Below are positions 43,364 through 57,946 of a stretch of 64,000 nt of DNA, piece by piece; positions within the stretch are counted from its first letter, which is position 1, and the number at the start of each line of letters is the position of its first letter. The position numbers and the translations under genes were made by a program. The DNA is taken from NCBI GenBank assembly GCA_951406725.2, contig OX597834.1:43896001-43960000 (forward strand), given 5' to 3'. The notes under the pieces were generated by a model. It saw only the letters and a list, made by a program, of their open reading frames with translations, made no database searches and was not told the origin of the DNA. Source of the stretch: Octopus vulgaris (Eukaryota).

Positions 43364-43520
43364 ACCATCATTTAATGTCCACTTTCCTGGCTGGTCTGGG
43401 TTGGATGGTTTCACTGAAAACCATACGTCGGGGAGCTTTGGTAAGGTTTCCATGGCTGGATGCCGTTCCTAATGCCAACCACTCCAGAAGTGCAGTGAGT
43501 GCTTTTAACATGCTATTGAA
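43364..43520 (-). mobile_element. Repeat family E (RTE-tail-like, ends in (ATG)n)
   Basis: catcatttaatgtcc...ggctggatgccgttcctaatgccaacc; homologues at 48017, 50440 and 53445. Confidence 0.65.
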
Positions 43521-44964
43521 ATGAAAATGAAAATAATAAAAAAAAAGAAACACAAAATACATATTTTAGGGTGTTTGTTAAATTTATTTATTTATATATA
43601 TAATTTTTTTTTCTGGAAACTTTTATTCAATTTTTTAAAAAGTTATCTTTATACAAATAATGATCCCAATTGCAGTTTATTGTTTTGGGGTCATATATCA
43701 AAAGGGAGTAGGGGGTATGGCAGGGAGGGGACAGGTATTTTTTTTTGTTTTAGTTACATGTTTTTTTTTTCTCAATGGGGGGATTAGGGGTAGGAGGTGA
43801 TCAAACGTGATTTTCTTCAAAATGTATCCTTTACTGTTGTCTGTCTGTGTGTCATCTTTCTCATAGAATTCATTTTTCCTTGTTTAGTTTTGTGTTATAT
43901 GATATTTGCCGTTTTATTTTGTTTTCTTTTTTTTTTTAAAGTAGGCATCGTCCACTTTCACCGCCACCACCACAATGATGATGATGCTGATCATCATCAT
44001 CATCATCATCTATGTTCCTTTACATAATATTTTCCAGGGATGTGAAGAAGTGAGAAGTGGCGGTAGTGGTGGTGGTGGTGGTAGTAATGGCGGCAGAAAG
44101 AGCAGAAAGGGAAAGTGGGGCGGCAGGGGACAAAATGGGTAAAGTTATGATGTTCATGCCTTTCCCAAGGACATTAGAGGCATGTAAAGTGAAAGTGAAA
44201 GTGAAGTGAAATGGCTTTCAGCTGATGGAACAAAAAAAAAAATCAAATGTGTAGCAGATTTGTCTTGATAGGTAGTTAGCCTCTAGCAGTACGGTGCTCG
44301 CTACTTACAGGGCCAATTTCTTTTCTGTAATATTACATTCAGCTTCATTCACGATATGATAGTATCACACATATTTTTTTTTATCTCTTTACTAGGTTTT
44401 TGATATAAAAAAATGGATATATGATGTTTTTTTTTTTGTTCTTTACTGTAGTTGCTATTGCTTTGTCCCAGGTCAGCCTTCATTTAGAAGGCCTTATGAT
44501 CAAAGATATTCCAGCCATGCCCATCCCACCTCTACGTTTTTTCAGAGACATGAAGTGTACGCAGGATGATGAGGATATCCATTGCAAGATTTGGCTGCTA
44601 CCTCTAGCAGTTCAAGTGACCATGTAGGGACTTCCACTGTTACAGATGCTATTGTTATTCTTGTTGTTTAACCACAGGTCAGCCCTGACTGACAAAGGAG
44701 ACCTATGATCAAAGACGTCCTAGGAGGTGACCAGCCCATAGCTTTCTTTTCAGATGCACTGTATCGAAGATTACATAATCTTTTGCATACTTCCATGTGT
44801 TTGCTTGCTTTTAAACTGTAGGGTTTACGCTTTGAGGAAGATTTTGGCTACCAGTTCTGTCAGGTCAAGCATCCTTGTTGAGGCCTTTATAGTTTCAGTT
44901 CTTGGAGATGATAGATGTAATAATGGTCATAATATATATATACACACACACATAATATAATTTT

Positions 44965-45395
44965 GGTATGTTAAGCTTCCATACATATATTTTTAGTAAG
45001 ATAGGCTTCCATATATATAGAATTTTCTTGGTGTGATAGGCTTTCATATGTATAGTATAGCATTGAGGTACTAGGCTTCCATACATAGTATAATTTTAGT
45101 ATGATAGGCTTCCATATATATATAGCATTTTCTTGGTGTGATAAGCTTCATACATAAGGTATATTTTGGTGTGTTAGGCTTCCATATATATATATATTAG
45201 TATTTTCTTGGTGTGATAGGCTTCCATATGTATACTATAGCATAGGTGTAGTAAGCTTCCATACATATATTTTTGGTGTGATAGGGTTCCATATATATAG
45301 TATTCACTTGGTGCGACAGGCTTCCATATGTATAGTATTGGTTTACTAGGCTTCCATACATAGAGTATATTTCTGATGTGTTAGGCTTCCATAGT
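44965..45395. repeat. Minisatellite, ~13 units of ~30-40 bp (taggcttccatatatatagtattttcttggtgtga)
   Basis: ggcttccata core recurs regularly. Confidence 0.9.
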
Positions 45396-48016
45396 TTCTC
45401 ATCTTTTGGCTCCACTTAGTGAAGCTGACTTTCTTTCCCGTGTCCCCTCGTTTTTATTTACCCTCTTTCATATTGGTAGACAATAGAAGTAGTAGTGGTG
45501 GTAGTAATGGCAGAAATGGTTGTGGTGGTGGTAGTGGTGGTGGTGGTGGCACTCAAGAACATGGATGAAGACTGTAGCAGTAGAACTAGTAATAGTTGTA
45601 GCAGTAGTAGTAGTATTAGTAGTAGTAGTTAACATAGGAGTAACAGTAGATATAACAAAACATCTGGTGATGAGGATGATGAGGATGTTGAGGATGATGA
45701 GGATGATGAGGTTTGATGGAAGTTAGAGTAATAACAAAGGACTTAATTAACAATGAAATTAAAAGGTGAGACCCAGAACCACAACACTTGAGTGAAGGTG
45801 TGTGTAATTGTGAGAGTGTATGTGTGTGTAACTGTGCAATTGTGCAAGTGTATATGTGAGTGTATGTGTGTGTAATTTTGTGAGTGTGTAACTGTGAGTG
45901 TATGTATGTATAATTGTGTGAGTGTATGTGTAATTGCATAAGTGTGTAATTGTGTGAGGGTGTGTGTGTGTGTGTGTGTGTGTATGTGACTGGATGAATA
46001 TCTATATTATATTATATATATACATATACACACATCTATATTATATTACATATACACACACACATATATATATATATAGTTATGCTTCACTTCTTGAATG
46101 TGTTCCTTTGGTGAATCTTAATCTTAGGTTCTTGAAAGAGTTTAACATTACCAACAGTATAATTCATACTTTACAATGTTCCCCCAAGAATCAGAAACAA
46201 GGAACTGAGTAGGAGCAAAACCATAAGCTTATATCAACCCAGTACTTTTGCTTTCCATAAGTAAGGTGTACTACTTTTAATTATCTTACTAGTCGGTCTC
46301 AGTCATTGGATGGCAGCCCAGCTGAGGCACTGGCATACATATATATACACACACACACACACACAAATACACACTATACAATGTAAAGGGAAAACAGAAG
46401 CAAAGGTAAGTAGCGAAGCCTGAGAAAAGCTACAACTTAGATTGCTTCTGATGTTTGTTACCTCAACCATAAAGAAAATACCTTATATAATAAGTCTTGC
46501 AGCTAATTATTACACCCTCGTCAGTATTTAAACAGCGTATCAACACAGGCATGTCAATAATTGCTGACAGATGCCCTTTAATTAATTCTATTTAATTAGT
46601 TTATTAATCAAATAGATAATATTATTTTGATAAATACTTCCTTTTCTTAGTATTCATGGATGACTGTAAAATGCTGTCATAATTTCAAAATGTTTGATTA
46701 TTTAGGTTAGGATGTGTTTTGTAGCATTGTGACGTGAATGTTGGTTTAGCGAGCTCAAACTGAATGTGATTATTTTTTTAATGTGTGATCTATATGAGTG
46801 TATATATATGTGTGTGTGTGTGTATATATATATATATACACATATATATATATATATATAAAAGTAATACTTTGAATGAGGAAAGGTGAAGTCAAACTGA
46901 CATCAAGATTGTTTCTGTAAATAAACAACTGCAGTGTCACTCTGGTTCTCCTTTCCTCATTTAAGTTATTAATTTTATTATTCACTCTGTGAGACTTATT
47001 TTAAGCGTACTGGATCTGGATCTTACCATAGCGTTGTGTAGTGTTCCTTTTAGTATCAATCAAAGTCATATGAATCTCCATTTGATTCTGGAATACCACG
47101 CTAGCCAAAATCTGGCATGATATGCTATTGAGGCAACAGCCAACATATTTAACTTTTATATATATATATACATATATATATATATACATACACACATATA
47201 AACTTCTATATATATTATGTACAGTTACACATGTTTATTGAGTGTGTATGTGTAGCTTAATAGATACATATACTCATATAGAACTTATATATACATACAC
47301 ATGATGAAAACACATGGAGCTATACAGATATGTGTGTATACATGGCAATCAGCCTCCATCCCTACCACCACACATGTAGCATATATAAATTATAATATAC
47401 CCCCCCATAGTACACATGGGCAGTTGTTGGTGTAGTAGCAGCAATATACAATTTCAGGAGGAGCACATGGAAAAAAAGAGGCTGTTGAATCTGGGGGAGG
47501 AAAATGTAGAAGGGTAAGGGCAGGGTGATGGGGCAGAGCTGGTCACATGTTCAGTCTTTTTGTTTTTTTGTGTCTATCCAGGCGTATGTCTCTTTCTTTC
47601 TCTTCACCCACTTTCACTTTCGGAGTGGGTTTCCAAAGGTAAGATCTCAGTTTGTTTGGTTTCTTTTTATTCGTCCTCTCTCACTTGATAATATAGTTTT
47701 GTTTTTACAAAAGAAAAAAAAAAAATTGTTTTTAATAATAGCAATAATCATAATAATAATAATAATGATTCATCTGTTGTTTTTTTCCTGTGGTTTTTCT
47801 GGGGTTTTTTTTTTTGCAACATCTTTTCAAACATTCATCTTTTTCAAACATTCATGTTTTCAGCAAAACCTGAAATGATAAAAAAAAAAAAAAGGGAAAT
47901 GAAATTATAAAAAATACATTTTATTCTTAGACTCATTCACACTTAGAAATGCTTCTTTGATAAACAAAGTGATAAACAAACAACATGCAAGACTATAGTC
48001 ACACTAGTACAGTCAC

Positions 48017-48250
48017 CATCATCATTTAACGTCCGCTTTCCATGCTAGCATGGGTTGGACGATTTGACTGAGGTCTGGCGAACCAAACTCTAATCTGATC
48101 TGGCACAGTTTCTACAGCTGGATGCCCTTCCTAACGCCAACCACTCCAAGAGTGCTGTGGGTGCTTTTACGTGCCACCGGCATGAGGGCCAGTTTGGTGG
48201 AACTGGCAAGGGCCATGCCCAAATGGTGCTTTTTATGTGCCACCTGCACA
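48017..48250 (-). mobile_element. Repeat family E
   Basis: catcatcatttaacgtccgctttccatgctagcatgggttggacg. Confidence 0.7.
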
Positions 48251-48619
48251 TATCTCAAATGTCATAAAGACAAGGCCGTCTTCAGACCCAGAAAATAATC
48301 CAGTTCCAGCCCCCTACGCAATAACAAACCTTTTATCTTTTAGTTCTTTCAGTTGTTGGACTTTGGCCATGCTGGGGCACTGCCTTGAAGGGTTTAGTTC
48401 AGAGGTTCCCAAAGTGAGTGATACTGCACCTTAGTCGGTGTGAAGATCCAGGAGGTGCATTGAAGAAAAGAGGGGGTGATAATGGGGAGGCCAAAATAGG
48501 GCAATTGATGTACAAAAAGCAAAAAAATGGGTTCAGTTTTATTTGTGAAATATGTTTGTGGTGGTCGTGGTGGGCGCTAGGAATGTGACCCAGGTGCCAA
48601 GGGTGGAGCAGAGTAGGCA

Positions 48620-48950
48620 ACCCCAAAAAGTTTGGGAACAAACCAACCCCAGGGAGCTTTGTTTTTTTAAGCCAGGCACTTATTCTATTGGTCTCTTTTG
48701 CCAAAACCAGTGAGTTACAAGGATGTAAACAAACCAACACCAGCAATCAAAGTGGTGGTAGGGGTATTAACAAGCGTAAAGAAGCACTCACACACTCTGA
48801 CACATATGATGGGCTTCCACACAGTTTCCATCTACCAAATTTACTGACAAGACAAGGCATTGGTTAGCTTTGCATGAGGTACCATGCAATGGAACTAAAC
48901 CCCCAAAAAACATGTGGTTGCAAAGCAAAATTCTTAACCACACAGCTACA
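48620..48950 (-). mobile_element. SINE family B, diverged
   Basis: cagtttccatctaccaaat...cttaaccacacagc. Confidence 0.7.
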
Positions 48951-49044
48951 TGAGAGAGAGAGAGAGAGAGAGATACATACACTGATAGATAACTATATTA
49001 TAAATATATATATATATATATGTATATATGGGTAGATAGGTGCA

Positions 49045-49440
49045 GGCACATAGCCCAGTGGTTAGAGTAACAGACTCACAGTCGAGAGATCGCGGGTTCG
49101 AATCTAAGACCAGGCAATATGTGTGTTTATGAGTGGTGGAGGCGCATGGCCTAGTGGTTAGAGCAGCGCACTCGCAGTCGAGGGATCGTGGTTTCGAATC
49201 TCAGACTGGGCGATGTGTGTGTTTATGAGCGAAACATCTAAGCTCCATGTGGCTCCGGCAGAAGGTAATGGTGAACTTCTTCTGACTCTTTCGCCACAAC
49301 TTTCTCTCACTCTTTCCTCCTGCATCTTGCAGCTCACCTGCGATTGCGATGGACTGTCGTCCCGTCCAGGTGGGGAACCTATATGTCAAGGAAACCGGGA
49401 AACCAGCCCTTATGAGATAGGTATGGCTTGAGAAGGAACA
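49045..49440 (+). mobile_element. SINE family D (duplicated head plus full copy)
   Basis: Two tRNA-like heads at about 49045 and 49139. Confidence 0.85.
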
Positions 49441-49560
49441 AACATGGGTAGATAGACAGATACATGTATAGGTAGATAGATAGATACATACATATGTACG
49501 TACATATATTGGTAGTTAGATGAGAGAGAGAGAGAAAGAGAGCAAGAATGATTGCCTTAC

Positions 49561-49639
49561 CTACTCAGGGTCCCCAAAGCTCCATAGTTCTAAACTCATT
49601 CTCATATGATAAATTATCAGGTGTGTTTTTTCGTAGCAT
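49561..49639 (-). other. Candidate 79-nt exon of a minus-strand transcript (stops in all three frames)
   Basis: Minus: ttttttttttggttttttcAG|ATGCTACG...CTGAGTAG|GTAAGG. Confidence 0.35.
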
Positions 49640-50159
49640 CTGAAAAAACCAAAAAAAAAAGCATAAATTGATGAATGAACAAAAATGATCATCATAGCAT
49701 GTATGTGAGAAAGAAAAAGAGAGAGAGAGAGTGAGAGATAGACAGACAGACAAAGGGAGAGAGAGAAAGTTTGCATGTGTGAGTGTGTATGTGGAGGTCA
49801 TTTAGTCCTTATTCTCTCGCCTTTTTGTACCCTGGAGTATTTTAATCAATTTGTACATTTTACTTTCATCCTGGTGAATAGAATACGTTCATCAGATTCT
49901 AGCAGATCAAAAGAAGCAAATGAAAAAAAGGGCCAATGTCAGGAATGGCATCCAAGCATAAAATGTCTTGAATGAGTCAGAACATAAAATTAGATGTAAA
50001 CATGATTATAGAATAGGGTAAGGTTTTCAGGGTAAGGTTTAACTGCTGTTTTTAGCAGGCTGAGTGGCCAGCTAGAGACTCCTTGTAGCAGCGGTAGTAA
50101 TAAAAGTTGCTGTTTAGCTTCTGATTAGTGCTAATCCAGTAAAGCCAAAATAAAAAGCA

Positions 50160-50399
50160 AGCCAAACTACAATTATTCTCATTATTTACATTATTTTGAG
50201 ATAATCTGTGTTTCTTTTAATTAATTTTAAATATAACAAAGAATTTAGTAAAATAACTTAGTTATCATTAAACTAGTGTTAGGAATATAAATTGAGACTA
50301 AGGTCTGGTGGAAGACTTTAATTCAAAACTTATGCAAACAAGACATTTGTACTACAGAGCCAGGGGTGGTTTCAGCCAGGTTGCTATCAAAAGGGTTAA
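50160..50399. mobile_element. Possible piggyBac-like MITE, right part
   Basis: Ends aaaaGGG followed by TTAA; left terminus not found. Confidence 0.35.
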
Positions 50400-52019
50400 T
50401 TTCTCAGCAGGCACAAAGCCACTTCTCTTGGTTTCACTTCCTCTTTCAGCTGAGAGGTCTTTGTCTTGCAAGCTGTTAAGTGACCCCATCGGTGCTGGTG
50501 CTACATAAGAACCGCTCAATACACTTTGTAAAGTGGTTGGCATTAAAAAGAGCATCAAGTGATGGTACCATGTAAAAAGCACCCAGTGAATAAATAGAAA
50601 GCTGGTATGGTATTATTGTTTTTAATGTGGTACCGTGCCACCATTTTGTAAGAGATATTCCTAATCTCATCCTCTTCATCATTATCATCATCATTATTAT
50701 TATTATTGCATACAAAACACAGAGTTTTCCTTTATTAATGCCATTGGCAGCAGCGATTCTGTCAAAGGATACTACTATCATCATCACTACTACTACTACC
50801 ACTGCCCTTTTATTACTATGACTACTACTACTACTACCACCACCTTCATCATTGTTATAACTTCCACTATAACCATTATTACCCCCCCCCCCCTTCCATT
50901 CTATCACCACAACTGTCATTATTGCTGCTGCTGCTACAACAACAACAATAACAACCAATCACAATTATCACCACCACTAGCACCTGATCAGTATCACCAT
51001 CCTCTCAAGAACCCCCTCCTCCACTCCCCACCCGCCAAGCATGACCATCACCGCAACCACAACACACATGCATGCTTCTACACACACATAGAGCACACAT
51101 ACACGCATACATACATCGTTTGTATAGCTTTCAATCAATCAAAAACGAAAGCTGGCTCCAGCACACTCCACCCCCTCCGACACCCACCCACACACACACA
51201 CATACCACCACCACCACCACCACCGTGCCAGTCGTTCAGTCAGTCGGTTGGTTGCTCGGTCGGTCAGTTGGTGGAATGCTGTAATGCAAATAATTAGATT
51301 TGAAGCTTACATTGTCAAGATTACTATATTAGAGTTCAGGCTGATTGCTAGTTGCACATCAGTATATATATATGTGTGTGTATATACATATATATATATG
51401 TATATGCACACACGTTAGATTGCAATCATTGAATTACATGCCGCTGCCACCAAACTATCAGCCACTGACCTCACTCCCCACCCACTACCACATCCCCCAC
51501 CCCAGGCCACCTATGTTTTATTTTTTTTGGTTTTCAATTGATATCTTGTATGTCACCACGTGGCCACCACTACGTTTTGATTGAACCTGAAGCAAGCAAA
51601 GATTTCAGATTAATGAAAATAACCAACAACAACAATAGTATGAACAACAAGCAATGTCCAAGCCAATGAAGGGAAAACTTCCTCTATGTGGTTGCTTGAT
51701 TTGCTACAATTAGCAGCCAATTCTTCACCCCCCCTACACTCCCACCACATCGTTATCCTTTCCTCCCTCCCTCCCACCACCACTATCATCTTAAACAAAG
51801 AGCGGTAACATTGAATGATGTAATCTGAGATACACCATGTTTGAATGCAAAACGTAAAGGTCAAAAGTGGAATAATATAGATATTGGTCTGCTTGGTCAA
51901 GGCTGACCAGGGGCTAAATAATAACAAGTGACCACGTTTGAAAACATAGAGTTGAGATACACTGAATCTGAGTAAAAGACCAGATGGTCATGGATGGCAG
52001 GCCTTACTTGGATTCTGAG

Positions 52020-52352
52020 ACCCCCTTCGGTCACAACACAGACCGTAGGATTGCACCTAGAAACTTACCCTCCCAGGCACAAGTCCGAGCAAGGTTGTTT
52101 ATGGAAGACCAGCAATCGCCCATGCATACCGGCTTCTCTTCTCTACGCCACCAGTGTTATCCAAAGGAAAGGCAAAGGTCGATACAGCTTGGCACCAGTG
52201 ATGTCGCAACTCATTTCTACAGCTGAGTGAACTGGAGCAACGTGAAATAAAGTGTCTTGCTCAACAACACAACACACAACCCTGTCCGGGATTCGAACTC
52301 ACAACCTCTCAATCATGAGCTTGATGCTCTAACCACTGAGCCATACGCCTTA
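52020..52352 (-). mobile_element. SINE family C
   Basis: Homologous to 19075-19408. Confidence 0.9.
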
Positions 52353-52554
52353 CTCGGATTATGTAGTTTTATATACACTATGTCAAGAATAAACAAGGGA
52401 AAAGTTACAGCTGCAAAGTTCTGATTCTAAGTCTGCTCACATTGATGACCTGGGGTTCAACAAAGAAGGGAGACAACAAAGAAGACATTGATTCATGTGC
52501 CATTAGATACAACTATATCTGAATCAAAATTCACACACACACACAAAAATATAT

Positions 52555-52720
52555 ATACGACAGGCTTCTTTCAGTTTCCATCTACCAAATCCACTCACAA
52601 GACTTTGGTCGACCCAAGGCTATAGTAGAAGACATTTGCCCAAGGTGCCACATAGTGGGACTGAACCCAGAACCATGTGGCTGGTAAGCAAGCTACTTAC
52701 TACACAGCCATTCCTGTGCC
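52555..52720 (-). mobile_element. SINE family B 5' half
   Basis: ggcttctttcagtttcc...ttgcccaaggtgcc...cacagcca. Confidence 0.85.
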
Positions 52721-52809
52721 TATATATATATATATATATATATATATCTATTATAAATATACATAAAATTTTCTATATCATACAACCTTCCAACATATTT
52801 TTTTTATCA

Positions 52810-53175
52810 TGGAAGATCTCTGGAGTAATGTTATTCAACAGGGTGCATAACTTGGGGATCAAGGAGTCTCTCCAGGTCAATATGCTACTTTTCTACATTG
52901 AGAAGTCACAGGCAGCAGGATATTGGACATGTGATAAGGATGCCACAGTAAAGAACTGCGAGACAGACTCTTCAAGCCAAATCTGATGGATAGGTAGTAA
53001 TATCCGGAGTCTCAATTAGTCATAATTGGAAATCCAGCCAGAAAGTCTACCTGCAGTTGCCACTGATAGGATCATGGGGTTACAGTCCTCCAGCACCCCC
53101 CATAGAGTGGGTGCCTGAGGATACACCATCTCCCATAACCTTCTCAGGAAAAGGGAAAAGAAAAGATGGATAGAT
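52810..53175 (+). mobile_element. RTE-type LINE 3' end fragment
   Basis: KISGVMLFNRVHNLGIKESLQV...IEKSQ then GHVIRMPQ*RTARQ, typical post-RT RTE motif (DRV.N..IR; GHV.RM). Confidence 0.65.
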
Positions 53176-53444
53176 GGGTAGCATTTGCCATGTTATTGCT
53201 TTTGGCCAGTACTTACAAACCGTGCACTCCTAACGGCTTCTGAATTATTGTAACAACAAAACTGGAAGAGGCCTATTTTTTTGTTGTTATGTAGAAAATT
53301 GGAGAGAGAAAAAAACTGATACATCACAATACAACATTGGTTCCATCTCTCCATAATCCACTTCAATTTCCAAAGAGCTCAAAGATGATTCTGATAGAAA
53401 CAGGTATTTTAACCTTAACCAATCTAGCTTTCTTTTTTTTCCTT

Positions 53445-53770
53445 CATCATCATCATCATCATCATTATCATTTAATGTCTGCTTTCCATGCTGGCATGGG
53501 TGGGACGGTTTGACAGGAACTACCGAGCCAGGTGACTCCACCAGGCTTCATTCTCTGTTTCAGCATGGTTTTTATGGCTGGATGCCTTTCCTAATGCCAA
53601 CCACCTTGCAGATTGGACTGAGTGCTTTTTACGTTGCACCAACATTGGTTAGGGTTGCATTGGCTTGGTTTTTACAGTTGGATGCCCTTCCAAACACCAA
53701 CCACTTTACAGTGTGGACTGGATGCTTTTTACATAGCGCCACCCCTGGCAAGATAACCAAGTAACTCCAA
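53445..53770 (-). mobile_element. Repeat family E with internal duplication
   Basis: ggatgcc(t/c)ttcc.aa..ccaacca occurs twice. Confidence 0.7.
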
Positions 53771-55012
53771 AGACAAAGGGCCTGGTACCAGGTAACAAGA
53801 GGTTTTTCTTATCTCCAAATATATTCGATCTACGCAAAGATAGACTTGTAATTTAAGAGGGATCTGGCTGCTGTTTCTAGCAACTTAATTGACCATGTGT
53901 TAAAGTAGAGGTGAGTGTATCTTTGCCAATCAATTGACTGGTCAAGATAAATAGCTTAACGAACCATCAAATAAATGGTATTCTTTACAGAACAAAAGAA
54001 AGAAAAGAACGGAAAACCATGTTGGAAATAATTCATCAGAATGTCACAGTGAATATATTAGTTGTGATAAAGCAAGGCCCTATCTACAGGATGTTATCCA
54101 CTCAACATTATGTAACCAGATCTAAGCCTCTAACCCTTGGAAACTCCCAAGGGGCTCAAGTGATACATTATATTACATTAGGATATGATAGCATTTAAAT
54201 AAATATGAGTGCAGTTGCGCAAGTGTACATGTATGTGTGTACTTGTGTGTGCTTGTGTGTGTGTGTGTGTGTGTGCTTGTGTGTGTGTGTTAGTGTTCAT
54301 GAACATGTCTGTACATATACATGCACATGTTCATATACATGCATGCATACGTATATATATATACGCACACTGGCTTCCTAATTGATCGCTAATGCAGTGA
54401 GGATTGAAAGGTTGGGAGACAGGAGGGGGAGGAGAAAATGATAAATGGAGGAGCAGGTCGGTTGACATAAGAGTGACGGTTTGAGGAGCCAAGGAAGTCA
54501 TAAGTAGTAGTAGTAGTAGAGAAAGAGAGAGAGAGAAAGAGAGAGAGAGGGGGGCAGATTTAGATGTGAGGAGAAGAGATAAGTCAGCAAGGGGGAAACA
54601 AGGAGGAGGAGGAGGAGGAGGAGAATGAAATATTGAAAACAGAATTAATAATAATAATAATAATAATAATAATTTAAAAAACACTGTAAAAAAAAAAAAG
54701 CCATTAAAAGAAAAACAGGTCTGAGAGGTTTCTGGATGTTACAAATATGAATTAATTGCAGTTAGAAAGCAGTTAAGTGCAAAACTGCATTAAAATACGT
54801 GTCAGGGACAAACTGCAATGTGCTTTGTTTGTTTTTATAGCTTGTTTTTTTTTTTTGTGACACAGCAAAAATAAATTGAGTGCATATTCATAAATTGAAG
54901 CGAAAGTCCTTTTTTATATTTTTTTTACACATTTCTGAATGTTTTCTTGTTTTTTTTTCTCGTAAATATATTTACACATCAATTTTTAAAAAATTTTAAT
55001 TTACACATACAA

Positions 55013-55067
<55 letters not shown>

Positions 55068-55378
55068 CACTGTGATCACCGTGACCGACCAGGCTATCAG
55101 ATATTGCTACACATCGCTGGTCACAATGCGCTTTGCATCGTTTTAGCCTACAAATGACGTGACCCTGCTGGCTAAGAGAGCAGGCCGACAGAAGAAAGAG
55201 TGAGAGAAAGTTGTGGCGAAAGAGTACAGCAAGGATCGTCCCCCCCCCCCTGCCGGAACCTCGTGGAGCTTTGGGTGTTTTTGCTCAACAAACACTCACA
55301 ACACCTGGCTTGGGAATCGAAACTGCGATCCTACGACCGCGAGTCTGCTGCCCTAACGACTGGACCATTGCACCTCCA
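55068..55378 (-). mobile_element. SINE family D
   Basis: Reverse complement of the 12812 head; different tail. Confidence 0.85.
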
Positions 55379-55499
55379 TATATATATATATATATATATA
55401 TATAGATAGATAGACAGATTGTTAGAAGAATACAGATTGAGATAGGGTTAATATTATTTATGTAATAGTTTGCAAATGTATACACCCCCCTCCTTGTGT

Positions 55500-55700
55500 G
55501 TGTGTGTATGTTTGTGCGTGTGTGTGTCCCCAACATTGCTTGACAACCGATGCTGGTGTGTTTACATCCCCGTAACTTTGCGGTTCGGCAAAACAGACCG
55601 ATGGAATAAGTGCTGGGCTTACAAAGGATTAGTCCTGGGGTTGATATTTGTTCAACTCCAGCATGGCCGCAGTTAAACAAATGAAACAAGTAAAAAAACA
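55500..55700 (+). mobile_element. SINE family B 3' half (another at 56600-56810)
   Basis: gcttgacaaccgatgctggtgtgtttac...cagcatggccgcag. Confidence 0.85.
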
Positions 55701-56844
55701 CAAGGAAAAAAGAAATATATATATATATATTAATTATAATAAAGGGTTAATTGCAACAAGTTGCTCAAAACCACATACCGAAAATATTAGAAATAGCAGC
55801 CAAATAGATCACTATTTCTCCTACTAATATATATATAATATTTGTATCCTGTTTGAAGTATTTTTTCTAGAATTAGCGTGCAATCTCTTGTAATTATTCT
55901 AACCACTTTGCACACAGATTTCATAGGATGCAAGTCTAAGACAAAAAAAAAAACCCCCACCAAAAACAAGAACTGTAGAGGCATGTAAACAAATGGAATT
56001 GGTTTCTGTATCGAAGACTCATCATCAGGAGGAGATGTATTAATAAACAACAACAGATGCCACCGAGGAACGGTAGACAAAATCAGATTCTTTTTATACA
56101 TTAGAGAGGAAAGAACGCGGAGAAAGAAAAAAGCAGATGTTTAAAATAGATTTCAACAATAGGCAGAAAGAACAATGAAGACAGTGGAAGAAGAGCAAAT
56201 GGGAAAATGGTAACAACTATTGAATGTTAAATCCTGCTCAAGTGTGTTTCTATAGAGAACACAAAGAGACAATATCAATTTGGATAAGTACACACACGCA
56301 TGCATGCAGTCGCATACAGGCACACACACACACACAGACAAACATACGCATGCAGGCATGCACACGTACACACACATGTATGCATGTTCTTAGACATGCA
56401 TAATTAGATATTTATATAAATACACACATACACACATAGTGTACTTTTGTATCTATATTTATACACACACACCTGTGTACTTATATACGAATACACACAG
56501 TGTGTATATATAAACAAACACAAGTATATATATAGTTACATATACACATATATTTATATACATACACACATATATACATACATATACGCATGTATTTATG
56601 TGTGTGTCTTTGTTTGTACTCCGCCACTGCTTCACAACCATTGCTGGTGTGTTTATGTCCCCATAACTAAACAGTTCAGCAAATTAGACCAACAGAATAA
56701 ATACTAGGCTTGCAAAGAGTAAGTCCCTAGGTTTATTTCTTCAACTAAAACCCTTTAAGGCAGTGCTCCAGCATGGCTGCAATCAAATGACAAACAAGTA
56801 AAAGGTAAAAGTGTGTGTGTGTGTGTGTATATCTATATACATAC

Positions 56845-57430
56845 ATGGTGCGGTGAATAAACTGTCGTCTAAAGTATGCAAAAATATAAATAACACTGAC
56901 ATCTCACTTTAACAGCTATATTTAGCAAAATTACATAAAAATATCTTAAGATACAAATGAGCAAATTTATTTACTAAAATTGCCACTGGCTTCAACCATG
57001 GCCTCCAGACGACTTTGGAATCTTCTGCAACTCTTCTGGATGTTGGTGAATGCTGTTATATTCCTTGCCTTATGTTAATCTTTGGTGTGACAAGGAGTTT
57101 TATTGATCTCACACATAATAATTAAGGGGGTTGCAGTCTGAGAAATTAGGTAGCTAGATGTTAGGGGTGATGTGGTGGAAGAAATTGTCTGAGAGCCATG
57201 GCGGGGTTCTCATGCATGTGTGGCAGAATCTTGTTACCAGACGTTGGGTCTTCTAGCAGCCAGCCGCTTGACCCTAGGCGGCACTATCTCCCCCAGGCAC
57301 TTGATGTAGGCCTCTGTGTTGAGTCTAAGGCCATGTGGGAAGATGAATGGAGGTATAATGTCGCCATCACTAGTGGTCACTCCAAACTCCATTATGACCG
57401 GCTGTTTGATTTTCATCACCCTCGGTACAT
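56845..57430 (-). mobile_element. Decayed Tc1/mariner transposase of maT (DD37D)-like type, C-terminal half plus end
   Basis: MEFGVTTSDGDIIPPFIFPHGLRLNTEAYIKCL...RPNVW*QDSATH...WLSDNF...PNI*LPNFSDCNPL (QQD.A..H and WPPNSPDxNPLD motifs). Confidence 0.85.
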
Positions 57431-57495
57431 ATCCTCAGTCTATAGATGTCTGGAAATATCTACACATATTCACATCTTTGTCTCACTTCTCTCTC

Positions 57496-57539
<44 letters not shown>

Positions 57540-57597
57540 TGTATATTTATATTAGTCTATGCTCACACACAACAATTGCATACATACATACATATAC

Positions 57598-57631
<34 letters not shown>

Positions 57632-57774
57632 ATGTATATAAATTAGAGAAGAACCACCATGTAGCAATTCAACAACGATATACTTAAATCATACCATATA
57701 GAAAAAAATTAAAGGTACGATAAAACATTTGCCTACAACTAAATAAAATACTAAATAATAAATAGTAGATAATT

Positions 57775-57845
<71 letters not shown>

Positions 57846-57900
57846 TATATTTCTGCAAATCTATGCTCACACATACACATACATGTACGTGTGTATATAA

Positions 57901-57946
<46 letters not shown>

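Noticed and set aside
44965-45395. CRISPR-like array (also 40930-41625 and 62550-63000)
   Set aside because: Eukaryotic context, homologous rather than unique spacers, no cas genes
46495-46530. Minus-strand CTGACGAGGG half motif
   Set aside because: No GAAA or closing stem II; at best a deleted remnant
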